Positions 13,091-26,200 of a stretch of DNA of 64,000 nt are shown piece after piece (the stretch's first letter is position 1; the number at the start of each line of letters is the position of its first letter). The notes under the pieces are model-generated. The model ran no database searches. It worked only from the letters and a program-made list of their open reading frames with translations, and was not told where the DNA came from. Source of the stretch: Malacoraja senta. Its lineage: Eukaryota. The DNA is taken from assembly GCA_038087875.1 (NCBI GenBank), contig CM075989.1:15252001-15316000 (forward strand), in the 5' to 3' direction. Position numbers and translations under genes: made by a program.

Positions 13091-13879
13091 AAAATTAGAG
13101 CACATGGTATTAGGGGTAGGATGTTGACGTGGATAGAAAATTGGTTGGCAGACAGGAGTGGGAGTGAACGGGTCCTTTTCAGAATGGCAGGCAGTGGCGG
13201 GTGGAGTGCTGCAAGCCTCGGTGTTGGGGCCGCAACTGTTTACCATATATATTAATGATTTGGAAGAGGGAATTAGGAGCAACATTAGCAAGTTTGCGGA
13301 TAACACAAAGCTGGGTGGCAGTGTGAACTGTGAAGAGGATGTTAGGAGGTTGCAGGGTGACCTGGGCAGGTTGAGTGAGTGAGCAGATGCAGTATAATAT
13401 AGATAAATGTGAGGTTATCCACTTTGGTGGCAAAAACAAGGGGGCAGATTATTATCTCAATGGAGTTAGGTTAGGTAAGGGGGAGGTACAGCGAGACGTG
13501 GGTGTCCTTGTACACCGGTCACTGAAAGTTGGCGTGCAGGTACAGCAGGCAGTGAAGAAAGCTAATGGAATGTTGGCCTTCATAACAAGAGGATTTCAGT
13601 ATAGTGGATAGGAGTAGAGAGGTTCTTCTGCAGTTGTATAGGGCTCTGGTAAGACCACATCTGGAGTATTGCGTACAGTTTTGGTCTCCTAATTTGAGGA
13701 AGGACATCCTTGTGATTGAGGCAGTGCAGTGTAGGTTCACAAGATTGATCCCTGGGATGACGGGACTGTCATATGAGGAAAGATTGAAAAGACCAGGCTT
13801 GTATTCACTGGAGTTTAGAAGTATGAGGGGGGATCTTATAGAAACATATAAAATTATAAAAGGACTGGACAAGTTAGAT
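13091..13879 (+). mobile_element. CR1 copy A, 5' part (continues at 16962-17289)
   Basis: RT motifs LGPQLFTIYINDL..SKFADNTKL and RPHLEYCVQFWSP, with stops and frameshifts. Confidence 0.92.
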
Positions 13880-13916
13880 AACCATATAACCATAACAGCA
13901 CGGAAACAGGCCATCT
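13880..13916 (-). mobile_element. CR1 copy B extreme 3' end and tail (continues at 15055)
   Basis: (AACCAT)-type tail plus acagcacggaaacaggccatct, which joins cggcccttcaagtcc at 15055. Confidence 0.75.
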
Positions 13917-15054
13917 GGATTGGGGGTTCAGTATTGATGTGGATAGAGAACTGGCTGGCAAACAGGAAGCAAAGAGTAGGAGTAAACGGGTCCTTTTCAC
14001 AATGGCAGGCAGTGACTAGTGGGGTACCGCAAGGCTCAGTGCTGGGACCCCAGCTATTTACAATTTATATTAATGATCTGGACGAGGGAATTGAAAGCAA
14101 CATCTCCAAGTTTGCGGATGACACTAAGCTGGGGGGCAGTGTTAGCTGTGAGGAGGATGCTAGGAGACTGCAAGGTGACTTGGATAGGCTGGGTGAGTGG
14201 GCAAATGTTTGGCAGATGCAGTATAATGTGGATAAATGTGAGGTTATCCACTTTGGTAGCAAAAACGGGAAGGCAGACTATTATCTAAATGGTGGCCGAT
14301 TAGGAAATGGGGAGATGTAGCGAGACCTAGGTGTCATGGTACACCAGTCATTGAAAGTAGGCATGCAGGTGCAGCAGGCAGTGAAGAAAGCGAATGGTAT
14401 GTTGGCCTTCATAGCAAGAGGATTTGAGTATAGGAGCAGGGAGGTTCTACTGCAGTTGTACAGGGTCTTGGTGAGACCACACCTGGAGTATTGCGTACAG
14501 TTTTGGTCTCCAAATCTGAGGAAGGACATTATAGCCATAGAGGGAGTGCAGAGAAGGTTCACCAGACTGATTCCTGGGATGTCAGGACTTTCATATGAAG
14601 AAAGACTGGATAGACTTGGCTTATACTCGCTAGAATTTAGGAGATTGAGAGGGGATCTTATAGAAACGTACAAAATTCTTATGGGGTTGGACAGGCTAGA
14701 TGCAGGAAGATTGTTCCCGATGTTGGGGAAGTCCAGGACAAGGGGTCACAGCTTAAGGATAAGGGGGAAATCCTTTAAGACCGAGATGAGGAAAAACTTT
14801 TTCACACAGAGAGTGGTGAATCTCTGGAACTCTCTGCCACAGAGGGTAGTTGAGGCCAGTTCATTGGCTATATTTAAGAGGGAATTAGATGTGGCCCTTG
14901 TGGCTAAAGGGATCAGGGGGTATGGAGAGAAGGCAGGTACGGGATACTGAGTTGGATGATCAGCCATGATCGTATTGAATGGCGGTGCAGGCTCGAAGGG
15001 CCGAATGGCCTACTCCTGCACCTATTTTCTATGTATCTATGTATCTATGTATCT
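13917..15054 (+). mobile_element. CR1 copy C, young and 5'-truncated
   Basis: ORF2 reading GVPQGSVLGP..FADDTKL.. to the stop at 14950, with one internal TAG (14318-14320); 3'UTR and (CTATGTAT)n tail. Confidence 0.95.
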
Positions 15055-16961
15055 CGGCCCTTCAAGTCCGTGCCGAACATTAATTTTTTTTATTTTTAAA
15101 AAAAAATTTTTTTTTTAATTAAAAATAAAATACTTCCCCCTAGTCCCATCTACCTGCACTCAGACCATAACCCTCCATTCCTTTCCCGTCCATATACCCA
15201 TCCAATCTATTTTTAAAGGATAACATCGAACCTGCCACCACCACTTCCACTGGAAGCTCATTCCACACAGCTACCACTCTCTGAGTAAAGAAGTTCCCCC
15301 TAATGTTCCCCCTAAACTTCTGTCCCTTAATTCTCAAGTCATGTCCCCTTGTTTGAATCTTCCCTACTCTCAATGGGAAAAGCTTATCCACGTCCACTCT
15401 GTCTAACCCGCTCATAATTTTAAAGACCTCTATCAAGTCCCCTCTTAACCTTCTGCGCTCCAAAGAATAAAGACCTAACTTGTTCAACCTTTCTCTGTAA
15501 CTTAGTTGCTGAAACCCAGGCAACATTCTAGTAAATCTCCTCTGTACTCTCTCTATTTTGTTGACATCCTTCCTATAATTAGGCGACCAAAATTGTACTC
15601 CATACTCCAGAATTGGCCTCACCAAAGCCTTGTACAATTTTAACATTACATCCCAACTTCTATATTCAATGCTCTGATTTATAAAGGCCAGCACACCAAA
15701 AGCTTTCTTTACCACCCTATCTACATGAGATTCCACCTTCAGGGAACTATGCAGTTATTCCTAGATCCCTCTGTTCAACTGCATTCCTCAATTCGCTACC
15801 ATTTACCGTGTACGTCCTATTTTGATTTGTCCTGCCGAGATGTAGCACCTCACATTTGTCAGCATTAAACTCCATCTGCCATCTTTCAGCCCACTCTTCC
15901 AAATGGCCTAAATCTCTCTGTAGACTTTGAAAATCTACTTCATTATCCACAACACCACCTATCTTAGTATCATCTGCATACTTACTAATCCAATTTTCCA
16001 CACCTTCATCCAGATCATTGATGTACATGATAAACAACAGTGGACCCAACACAGACCCCTGAGGCACCCCACTAGTCACCGGCCTCCAACCTGACAAACA
16101 GCCATCCACCATTACTCTCTGGCATCTCCCATTCAGCCACTGTTGAATCCATCTTGCTACTCCACCATTAATATCCAACAATTGAATCTTCTTAACCAAC
16201 CTTCCATGAGGAACCTTGTCAAAGGCCTTACTGAAGTCCATATAGACAACATCCACTGCTTTACCCTCATCAATTTCCCTAGTAACCTCTTCGAAAAATT
16301 CAAGAAGATTAGTCAAGCATGACCTTCCAGGCACAAATCCATGTTGACTGTTCCTAATCAGACCCTGCTTATCCAGATGCTTATATATATTATCTTTAAG
16401 TATCCTTTCCATTAATTTGCCCACCACTGACGTCAAACTAACAGGTCTATAATTGCTAGGTTTACTCTTCGAACCCTTTTTAAACAACGGAACATGCGCA
16501 GTACGCCAATCCTCCGGCACTATTCCCGTTTCTAATGACATTTGAAATATTTCTGTCATAGCCCCTGCTATTTCTACACTAACTTCCCTCAATGTCCTAG
16601 GGAATATCCTGTCAGGACCTGGAAACTTATCCGTTTTCATATTTTTCAAAAGTGTCCGCACCTCCTCTTCTTTGAATCTCAGTTTCCATTGCTACTCTGC
16701 TTGTTTCCCTTACCTCACATAATTCCATATCCTTCTCCTTCGTGAATACCGAAGAAAAGAAATTGTTCAATATCTCCCCCATCTCTTTTGGCTCTGCAGA
16801 TAGCTGTCCACTCTGACTCTCTAATGGACCGATTTTATTCCTTGTTATCCTTTTGCTATTAATATAGCTGTAGAAACCCTTTGGATTTACATTCACCTTA
16901 CTTGCCAAAGCAACCTCATATCTTCTTTTAGCTTTTCTAATTTCTTTCTTAATATTCTTTT
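15055..16961 (-). mobile_element. CR1 copy B main body (RT domain)
   Basis: ORFs 16627-16980, 15747-16661 (NYRPVSLTS, QHGF, DFSKAFD, GVPQGSVLGP, YADD) and 15140-15736, separated by frameshifts. Confidence 0.95.
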
Positions 16962-17289
16962 GCAGGAAAAATGTTCCCAATGTTGGGCGAGTCCAGAACC
17001 AGGGGCCACAGTCTTAGAATAAAGGGGAGGCCATTTAATACTAAGGTGAGAAAAAACTTTTTCATCCAGACAGTTGTGAATTGTGGAATTCCCTGCCACA
17101 TAGGGCAGTGGAGGCCAAATCACTGGATGGATTTAAGAGAGAGTTAGATAGAGCTCTAGGAGCTAGTGGAATCAAGGGATATGGGGAGAAGGCAGGGGAC
17201 GCTCAGCCATGATCGCAATGAATGGCGGTGCTGGCTCGAAGGGCCGAATGGCCTCCTCCTGCACCTATTTTCTATGTTTCTATGTTTCT
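16962..17289 (+). mobile_element. CR1 copy A, 3' part with (CTATGTTT)n tail
   Basis: gcaggaaaaatgttccc continues gacaagttagat (13879), as in copy C ctagatgcaggaagattgttccc. Confidence 0.9.
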
Positions 17290-17742
17290 TTAGTGAAATT
17301 TTTTTTGTTTTGTTTCAAATCAAAATGTAGTAAAAGACCAGGAAATAATTCCTTTCCTTTACAGACTGATATTATACAATTGAAACAGAAAGCTGCAGGT
17401 ACAAATTGCCTGCCTACTTCTTTGTTATACCAGTGTGTGGTGGAAAAACAATAGGTTTATAATTGAAGATACTTATATCAATATCAATTACTCTACAAGT
17501 TTGAACAACGTAGCAAGTGGACAGAAAAGCTCAGATTTCCCATAACTTCTAAATGTTTCTGCGTTATCTTTGCATGTAGTGAGGAACTCCAGGTCTCTGG
17601 GAGAGTGTCAGTATCAAATGATACTTCAATTGTCACTGCTACTATCTGTTAATATCTTATTAAGTTATATTTTCCAAAGAACAAAATCCCCAAAATACTG
17701 CAATTCATTTTCAAAATTGATAATATTTCTCATGTGACATAC

Positions 17743-17868
17743 CTTTGGAAGGTAACCAAGCAGCTTACTGGCATGCAGTTTGAGAAGTTTCTGCCTTTCT
17801 TCCTCAATTACAGCCTGAAGAGCTGCCTCCTTCTTCTCTTCTTGCTGGCGTGCTTCAAGTTCTCGTTT
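17743..17868 (-). CDS. MNS1: MNS1 exon 9
   Basis: 126 nt, AG/GT bounded; KRELEARQQEEKKEAALQAVIEEERQKLLKLHASKLLGYLPK (LLGYLPK hallmark). Confidence 0.95.
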
Positions 17869-18210
17869 CTATTAAGAAGATATTAATCAGAATTCACTGG
17901 AAGCCATTTATTCAGAAACAGATTCTTGCTTTCTCACAACTAGAAAGTTGTGCAGTGTGCAACACTAAACTCTGACTGAATTTGGACAAATGTCACACCT
18001 TTGAAATAAAATTTATATTTAAAAAACATCATCCCTGGTTTGATGTGCAGAGGTGCAGTCCAGATTTTCTGTAAAGGAAATTCAAATCTTGCTAAAACAA
18101 ATCCCCCCCAAAAATTATTCGATATCAATTTACATGGAGCATTAATTATTATGTAGTATAAAATGGGAAACAAAATAATAATTGAATTTCAAGTAAAGTT
18201 CACAACATAC

Positions 18211-18468
18211 TCTGTCTATTTCAAATTGTTTGCGTCGATCTGCAAGGATTTCCTCCACAGCCCTCTTATGTTCAAGCTGTTTCATACGCCGTTTCTGTGC
18301 ATTCATCTGCTCAATACGGTCATCCTCGGCAAGTTTGGCCAACATCTTTCTCCGTAGCCCATCTTCTTCCTCCTTCTCTGCCTGTAGGCGCTTCTGTTTG
18401 AAAACCAATTGCTCTTGGTATGTCTTCTGTAATTCAAGCCGTTGACGAATTTGCTTTTCCGTCTCTGC
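18211..18468 (-). CDS. MNS1: MNS1 exon 8
   Basis: 258 nt; AETEKQIRQ...MLAKLAEDDRIEQMNAQKRRMKQLEHKRAVEE..., the conserved trichohyalin-plectin-homology region. Confidence 0.95.
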
Positions 18469-18774
18469 CTGCAAAAACAAATATAAACTTGTTACACTTG
18501 TTGCATTATCATCCGGTATAATTGGACCTCTGCTGCACAATGAAGAAGAGTGACAATGTATTTGATATGATGTCATTGAGAATTACCAATTACTTTCTCA
18601 GGTCAGTTTCTTACCATGATGGACATATATAAGTACAACAGGCTCAATTTGATTGGCATCTTTCAGCAAAAATACAATATTTGCACATTTTAATAATCTT
18701 GTTTCAACCTGCACAATGCCACAAACAATGCAACTCTTGGTAATAAACTGGTGAGAAGTCTTTCTGATACTAAC

Positions 18775-18882
18775 AATTTGTTGCTGTCTATGAGCTTCTT
18801 CTACTTTTTCAAGGTACAATTCTTGACGGACATTTTCCATATCTTCACGTTCGTGCTGTTGTTTTTCAATTTCCGCAGCAAG
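18775..18882 (-). CDS. MNS1: MNS1 exon 7
   Basis: 108 nt, cag|CTT ... ATT|gttagt; LAAEIEKQQHEREDMENVRQELYLEKVEEAHRQQQI. Confidence 0.92.
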
Positions 18883-18980
18883 CTGTGGGAAAAAAAATGC
18901 CAGTTATTTGTTAGAAATTTAGCAAATGAGTATGTATAAAATGTAAATCATGACAGACTAAGCAAACAAATTTATCCTAC

Positions 18981-19197
18981 CTTTTGGTACAGCATTTCTT
19001 TATGCTCATCTTGTTCTCGAACTCTTGCCATCCGTTCTTCCTCTCTGCTCTTTTGTGCATTGGCAAACTCCAAAATCTTTCTGTTCTCGTCTTCCATTTT
19101 TTCCCGTTCCATTTGTTTCCATTCAGCTCGCTGCTTCTGGAACTCCTCAACATACCTCTGAGTATCCCTCATCTTCTGCATCTTCAGCTCTCTTTCC
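18981..19197 (-). CDS. MNS1: MNS1 exon 6
   Basis: 217 nt, phase 2/0; ERELKMQKMRDTQRYVEEFQKQRAEWKQMEREKMEDENRKILEFANAQ...YQK. Confidence 0.93.
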
Positions 19198-20187
19198 CTA
19201 TTCAAAAAGAGTGGATTAACATAAAAGTTGGGACAGATTAGTATTTTTAATATCACAAGCACAAGATTTTGGAACACAAATATTAACAATTTTTGAATGA
19301 AATGTTTAAAACTCCATCCACTATCGCATTGCGAATTGGTCCTCATGCCTTTCTCGAAAAACAGAAGAGAAATACTTATTGAGTACCTTACCCATCTCCT
19401 GTGGCTCCAGAGAGTTGATTGCTTTGATTCCTGAGGGGTTAAATTCTCTCTCTGGTTACCCTTTTTCCCTTTGTGTACCAGTAGTTATAAAATCTTTTGG
19501 GATTATCCTTAATCTTATCTGACAGAGCCATCTCCAGTCCCCTTTTTGCCCTCCTGACTGCCTTTTTTAGTTTATTCCTCTAGATTTTATTTCTGACTGA
19601 CAACCACATAATCAGCACCTATTGAAAAAAGGACACTGAAGAATGCATGTGATCTACCTTGTCCAATACATAATGTAAGAATATTTAAATCTATTCTGCT
19701 TCAGGACAGGAGCTGTCTCAAGCCATACTATTCACAGGGAATTATGCCCTTAGATTACTATATTTGACAAGTTGCATATACTTCTTGGGCGCACCTGTTT
19801 CAACTGATCTTTCTGTTTACTATATTGCAATCATCAAGTTCAACTGAAGCACATCAAATGCTGTCCCCACTGATACTATTTTGTTAGCAATTTTGACGAA
19901 TGGTCAATCTCACTTTAAATGCATCTGAAAGGATATGGAATTAAATGTAAAACTTTGATATTAATTTATGACACTCGGCAAGAGGCCATAATGTCTGATC
20001 AAAAGCACTAATCCCACTCTTTAACATCAGAGATAATTTAATGTTACATTTGACTGAAACCAGAGATTATCTTGGAAGACATTTCAGAAAGAGAAAGATA
20101 ATTACCCGAACACAGAAATATATTCTTACATTGCACAGCTTCTTTTAAACAAAATTCAAGAAAGTAATTACTTGCAATAGAGCTTAC

Positions 20188-20417
20188 CTATGATCTTCAT
20201 CATAGATTTTCCTTACAATTTCATCAATCCTTAGTTTATCTTTTAGGAATTCATCATATTCTTCCTGTCTCCTTTGTTCATTTTCATCAACTTGCTTTCC
20301 AAGCTCCTTCTGATACCTCACGGATTGTTCAACGCGTTTCTGTTCTTCCTTGGCCCGCTCTACTATGGCTCTTTCATTTTCCTTCTTCATTAATTTAGCA
20401 AGCTCAGCCTCATGTTT
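20188..20417 (-). CDS. MNS1: MNS1 exon 5
   Basis: 230 nt, phase 0/2; KHEAELAKLMKKE...KDKLRIDEIVRKIYDEDH; donor gtaagc. Confidence 0.94.
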
Positions 20418-20812
20418 CTAGTTTAAAAAGACAAATTATTCATTTTCCCCAGTGGTTCTGCATTTTATTTGATCAGACTGTATTTTACTTTTTGAAAAAG
20501 CTAAAGCTTTTTACTTCTAATGTTGTTTTGAACTCTGTACAACCTATAACGCATTTTAGGAGACATATTTTGCAAATGAAAGGCAGTTTTAGTCAAGCCA
20601 CATTATTAATTTAAGCTAAAACACAAGCAACATATTCCTAATGTACTAGCTTTAGAAATTAGTTTACATTCTGATATGTGTGGAAAAGAGAAAAAAAATC
20701 TAAAATAGGGAGTACTTTTAGGAAGCACAATATAATAAAAATAGTTAAATATTTCAAAGTATTTTCAAAAAAGTTAAATATTTCAATATCTATCTTAACG
20801 CATAATACTTAC

Positions 20813-20915
20813 TATCTTCTCAAAACGATTTGCTTCTTTTTCAGCTATCTGCGCAGCTCTTTCTCTGTTCACATAAGCAGCCTTTAACTTGGCTTCTAGT
20901 TCACGAAGCTCAATA
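20813..20915 (-). CDS. MNS1: MNS1 exon 4
   Basis: 103 nt, phase 2/0; (S)IELRELEAKLKAAYVNRERAAQIAEKEANRFEKI; donor gtaagt. Confidence 0.94.
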
Positions 20916-20989
20916 CTAAATTTTGAAATGAAGGAACACAAGAGGAAATCATAAGATAATAACTAATTGAAATAGGAAGACAACACAAA

Positions 20990-22185
20990 AGGATGACTCG
21001 GCCGCTGAGGTCTGCCTTCCAATACAATAAGATCGTGGCTGATCTACACCATTACCAGCTCCTCTTTCATGCCAGAGACCAAAACACACAATTTCCTAAT
21101 CTTTCTAAAGTTTATCTACCTCCACTTTAAATACTTCTATTGCTCTAGCCTCTACAACTCTTTGGGGTAAATAAACCAGAGATTCACCACTTCCATTTTA
21201 AGTGACCCTTGTCTCGTAACTCCGAACCCTCATTTGACTCTTTCTGACTAACGAGAACCTCTCAACATCTTGCCTACTATGCCTTCAGGATCTTCTACAT
21301 CTCAATAAGGTCATTCTTCATTCTTCTAAACTCGTACCCAATCTGCGTAGTCTCAATTAATAGGATAATCCTCTTACCCCAGGAATTAAGACAATTAATC
21401 TCTTTTAGACTGCCTCCAATGTTACTGTATACTTTTTAGATAACAGAAACAAAACTGTACACTGTATTCCTGTTGTCTCATTAACACCTTGTACAATTGC
21501 AACAATACCGCCCCATTTTTAAAATCTAACCATTTTGCAATAAAGACTAATTCGTCATTTATCTTAACTATTTTCTGTCTTTGCCTGCTAGCGTTTTGTT
21601 ATTCATGCACAAGATAATCTCGATTCCCCTGAACTTCACTCATTTGCAGTCTTTCTCTATTTAGATAACAATCCACTTTTTTATTCTTCCTATCCAAGTG
21701 CATAACCTCACACTTATCCACAATGAATTCCATTTGCCAAGTTTTTGCCCAAACACTCAATTTTCTCCATATCCTATTGAAGTCCCAATATCCTCATCAT
21801 AACAAGCACCTCCAACATTTTTGCATCATTGGCAAGCGTGGATACTTTTCATTTCACTCCCTCCTCCAGGTCATTATTATAAATAGTAAAAAGAGTTCCA
21901 AGAACTGATCCCCATTCGATCCCTGATGTACTCCACTAGTTACATCCTTCAAACCTGAAAAAAGCCCAAATTATTCCAATTCTATTTTCCACATGACAGC
22001 CAATTTTCAATCCATGCTTATACACTTCCAACACCATGAGTCCTGAAGAGGGTGGTGCACAAATTATGTAGCACCTTGTCAAATACCTTTCCAAGTTAAA
22101 ATACACTACATCAACAGGTTCCCTCTGTGGACTCGTGCCATTACATACCTCAAGCAAATTTGTCAAGCATGATTTATCTTTCATC
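20990..22185 (-). mobile_element. Old CR1 remnant in MNS1 intron 3
   Basis: KSCLTNLLE..PVDVVY motif in ORF 21936-22187, with decayed downstream ORF2 and 3'UTR. Confidence 0.7.
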
Positions 22186-22699
22186 AACTACGTCAAATTG
22201 CCCAATAACACCAGAATGTAAAATGTGGCAATTTCTATGTCTTTAACTGAAACCTTTCGGTCAAATAACCCTGTATAAGGCAATGATCATGGATCATAAG
22301 ATATTAAATGATTTTATAATGCACCAAGAGCTAATTGCTATAGAATTTCCAAAGTAATGCACATTTTATGAAGCATCACTCCATAGAAGAAATTGTAAAC
22401 TGACAGAAAATTTGGAATAATTGTTTATAACTGATTCCAATAAACTCAATATTGCAAAGGGTTGTTTTGGAATTTACGGGTGGGGATGATTAAGAGGAGG
22501 ATAGATGTAAGACTGCAAGTGTCAATTTTTAAAAATAATTTTAGAATTATGTTGCAAAATCATGTTACTAAAGACCACGTTAGACTTAACAGGAAACTGG
22601 CGATCATTAAGCAGTCATGGAGAGAGAGTAGGTCAATTAACTCATCAAATGATGGAACAAATGTTTCCCCTTGTTGATGAATTGATTGGTTTGGAAAAT

Positions 22700-23660
22700 G
22701 AGATTACATGGGAACAAGGGTGAGCTTGCAGTTTGGTGCAAAATTGGAAGGTTGTTTTTCAGATTGGGGGCTTTTGGCCAGTGGTGTGCCACAGGGGTTC
22801 GTGCCGGATCCACTGTTGTTTGTCCTATATATTACGATTTGGGAATACAAGAGGAATAATCTTAAGTTTATGTCTGACACCAAAAATCGGCAGTGTGGTG
22901 GACAGTAAAGGAGGTTGTCTAACCTTATAACAGGAAATAGATGAACTGAGGAAGTGGGATAAGGAATGACGGATGGAATTTAACTTGGACAGGATGAATT
23001 TTAGTAAGTTAAACCAGGGTAGCACATGCAAAGCAAAAGAGCAAAAGCATAACCTTAGGCAATGTTGTTGAAGGGACCCGAGGGTACAAGTATCTCGTTC
23101 CCTGAAAGTGGTGACACAGATGCCTGTGTCAAGGAAGTGGAGAATGAACATCTCATGTTTGCCATCATTGGCTGGGGTATGGGTACAATAGCTGGGACAT
23201 CATGTTACCGTTTTATAGGACACTGGTGCGGCTGCACCACCTGGAATATTGTGTGAGTTTTGGTCAGTGGTACTACAGGAAGAGTGTGATTAAGCTAGCG
23301 AGGGTGCTGAAAAGATTCACAAGGATGTTGTGGCCTTGAGTCAAGAGAAGAAACAGGATAGGCTGGGTCCTTTTTCCCTGATGCGAACAATGCTGAAGGG
23401 ATGACCTGACAGAGGTTTATAAAATCATGAGGTGGAAGATAAAATGGGTGATCACAGTTTTTCCCCCAGGATAGGGGAATCTAAAACTAGAGGGTGAATG
23501 GGGAAATATGTTAAAGGGGACTTGAGAGGCAACTTTTTCCACACAAAGGATGGTGAGTAAATGGAACAAACTGCCACAAAGAAGCGGTAGAGGCAAATAC
23601 AATTACAATGCTTAAAAGACAACTGAAAAGGTTCATGGATAGGATAGCTTTAGAAAGATA
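22700..23660 (+). mobile_element. Old CR1 remnant
   Basis: EGCFSDW..ASGVPQGFVPDPLLFVLYI. Confidence 0.75.
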
Positions 23661-24331
23661 TGAACACAGTTTGCACTTGTTTTCTTTGAAAGATGCAATG
23701 TCTGAACCCAAAATATCTATCCCTTTGCCTCCACAGAAGCTGCCTGACCCACTGGCTTATGCCTGCAGTTTGTTTGTTGTGCCAAGGACCAGCATCTATG
23801 TCTCAAGAACTTTTTTCAATAGCAGTATTGAGAATGTACGGAAGCACTATATAAACATGACAACTTGTCCGTTTTCTCAGAAATGCTGCCTCATTTTCTT
23901 TCTAATTACAGTTTATACAATGAAAGCAAGGAAGAGAAACAAGGTACGTGAATGAATATTAAAAGGTTGGTCAGATATGAAGCAGGAGTGATTAAATGAC
24001 AGACTGGAGAAGCTCCTAAGTGATAATGGGACAAGTCAAAAGATGGATCTGGAGGAGTTGTAAATAAAAACAGAATTATTGTTTTATCCGTCTGAAAATG
24101 TACATTTACACTTAACCACAAACCACTTTGTAACTGCAGTTTATCTGGGACCTGGGATTTCAATGTTTATTCTTTATTAACAAAATCTTTTTGGCCATCA
24201 GTTTTAGTAATTATTTCCAGTGATGCCGTTGTGAGTACCTGAGCCTTCTTAAACATGCTTCAAGAACTAATTAAATAACAGCACTGAGGTAATGGAACAA
24301 TATATAAGCATGACATCTTTCTTTAACTTGC

Positions 24332-24459
24332 CTGTTTTCTCGGACTTGCTGTCTCATTTTTTCATCTTTTAGTTTCTCATACTTTATTCTTTCAAGCTCC
24401 TTGGCTATCCTTTCCTCCTGTTCCAACTGCTTGGCCTTCAGTATTTTTCTCTTTTCTGC
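24332..24459 (-). CDS. MNS1: MNS1 exon 3 (ends at a GC donor)
   Basis: 128 nt, phase 0/2; AEKRKILKAKQLEQEERIAKELERIKYEKLKDEKMRQQVREN(S); donor reads AG|GCAAGT. Confidence 0.9.
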
Positions 24460-24719
24460 CTATTATAGACATCAAACGTCCAGAACAATAAATGGACAAG
24501 AAATCACGAACGTCAATCAATGTAAACCCGATCATCAAAAAAACATTTTCAATGATTGATCCAAGTTAACAGATTAGCCTTAGAACTTGAACTACAATTA
24601 GTTTTACTCAATACAACCAAATTAATCCAAAACTTGTCTGATTTATCCAATTTAACCTCTTAATTAACATTCTAATTAACAAGGTCTTCTTGATTATTTG
24701 CCAATTTCTCAGTACATCT

Positions 24720-24945
24720 TATCACCGACTGGACAGTGGTCCTGGCCTATCATCCACCTAATTGGAGACCCTCAGACTACCTTTTATCAGACTTTACCTT
24801 GCACTAAACGTTATTCCCTTTATCCTGCATTTGTACACTGTGGATCATTGATTGTAATCATGTATAGACTTTTTGCTGACTGGATAGCACGCAACAAAAA
24901 AGCTTTTCGCTGTACTTTGGTACATGTGACAACAATAAACTAACT
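24720..24945 (+). mobile_element. Rex1/Babar-like LINE 3' tail
   Basis: Homologous to 10830-10990 (tgcactaaacgttatt..gactggatagcacgcaacaaaaagcttttc..gtgacaacaataaac). Confidence 0.55.
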
Positions 24946-25439
24946 ACAAAGTCTGGAACAGACAACACCCCATTGCATTATGCACAATTGTTCCTGAAAA
25001 CCCCCCATAAACGTATCTAAATTCAGGCTTATATTTTTCTAATTATTTTGTTTCCAATGTCTAGAATTTGTTGCATCACATCTGTAAAACCACAGTCTTT
25101 GAGTACAACATGTTATCCGTTTGAACAATCCAAATAAGGAGATGTCAATGTAAAGATAATCTTAATTACCCATCCTGCAATAGGTTAGACAACATCTCCT
25201 GTGATTCCAAAGAAATACTCAGTGGTTGCATCTTTAATGCAATCTTGACTGGTGCAACCCGAAAGAAGTCTTTTTTATTATATTTAACGGCAGAACCATT
25301 GGTTACGTAATTTTAGTGTAAAGAAATTTCATTTTCCAATTCGAGTGAAGGTCCACCATTTCAAACCTCCACACGAAGCTGTAACCTATTGAAAGAAATT
25401 ACAATTAACTGTCAAGAGTGCCTCGGTTCTGTGAACCCT

Positions 25440-26200
25440 ACAGGTCACCACTCAGTCCTGCTCCAATACCTTTTGTGGAGAGAAAGGAAGAACTGAATAA
25501 CATCCATATAACATGGACACCTACATCAGACTCTTATTTATTGACTATGCTCCTCCTTCAACACCATAATCAAACCAAACTGATCTCCTAATGCCTGGAT
25601 CTTAGTCTCAAAACCCCCCTCTGCATATTAATCCTTGATTCCTTTCCCATGGACTGCAATCTGTAAGGATAGGCGACAAAACTTCTTCAATGAGAATTTT
25701 CAAAACCAGTGTATTGTAAGTTTCAGCCCCTTACTATTCTCCCTATACACTCACGACTACACAGTCAAATAATCCACAACTCCATTTACAAATTTGCTGA
25801 TGACACCATTGTAGTGGGTCAGTTCCCAAACAATAACAAGACTGTAGCATGGTTTCAAGACAACCTGTCCCTCAAGGCCAGCAAAATAAAGCAACTGGTT
25901 ATCAACTTCAGGAGGCAGTAAAGTACATATCCTAGTCTCAATGAATGGTGCTGAAGTGTAGAATGTCTAGAGCTTCACATTCCTTTGTGTAAATATCACC
26001 AAAAGTTTGCCCTGATTGCTACGGCCAAGAAAGCACACTAATGTCTCTATTTCTACAGATGCATCCTATCTGGATACAACATAGCTTGGTATGAGTCCTG
26101 CTCTGCCGCCCTGCCTGAGATTCCCAAGAAATTGCAGTTAGTTGTGAATGCAGCCCAGTCCATCACACAAACCAGCCTCCTCCCACCCCGCAACATTGAT
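25440..26200 (+). mobile_element. Rex1/Babar-like LINE RT remnant
   Basis: HNSIYKFADDTIVVGQ...WFQDNLSLKASKIKQLVINFRR. Confidence 0.7.

Noticed and set aside
13604-14320. 238-aa ORF with RT motifs in permuted order
   Set aside because: Accidental in-frame read-through across three nested CR1 pieces (A, the tail of B, and C); not a gene.
15080-15135. Quasi-palindromic A/T tract
   Set aside because: Low-complexity expansion inside the 3'UTR of CR1 copy B.
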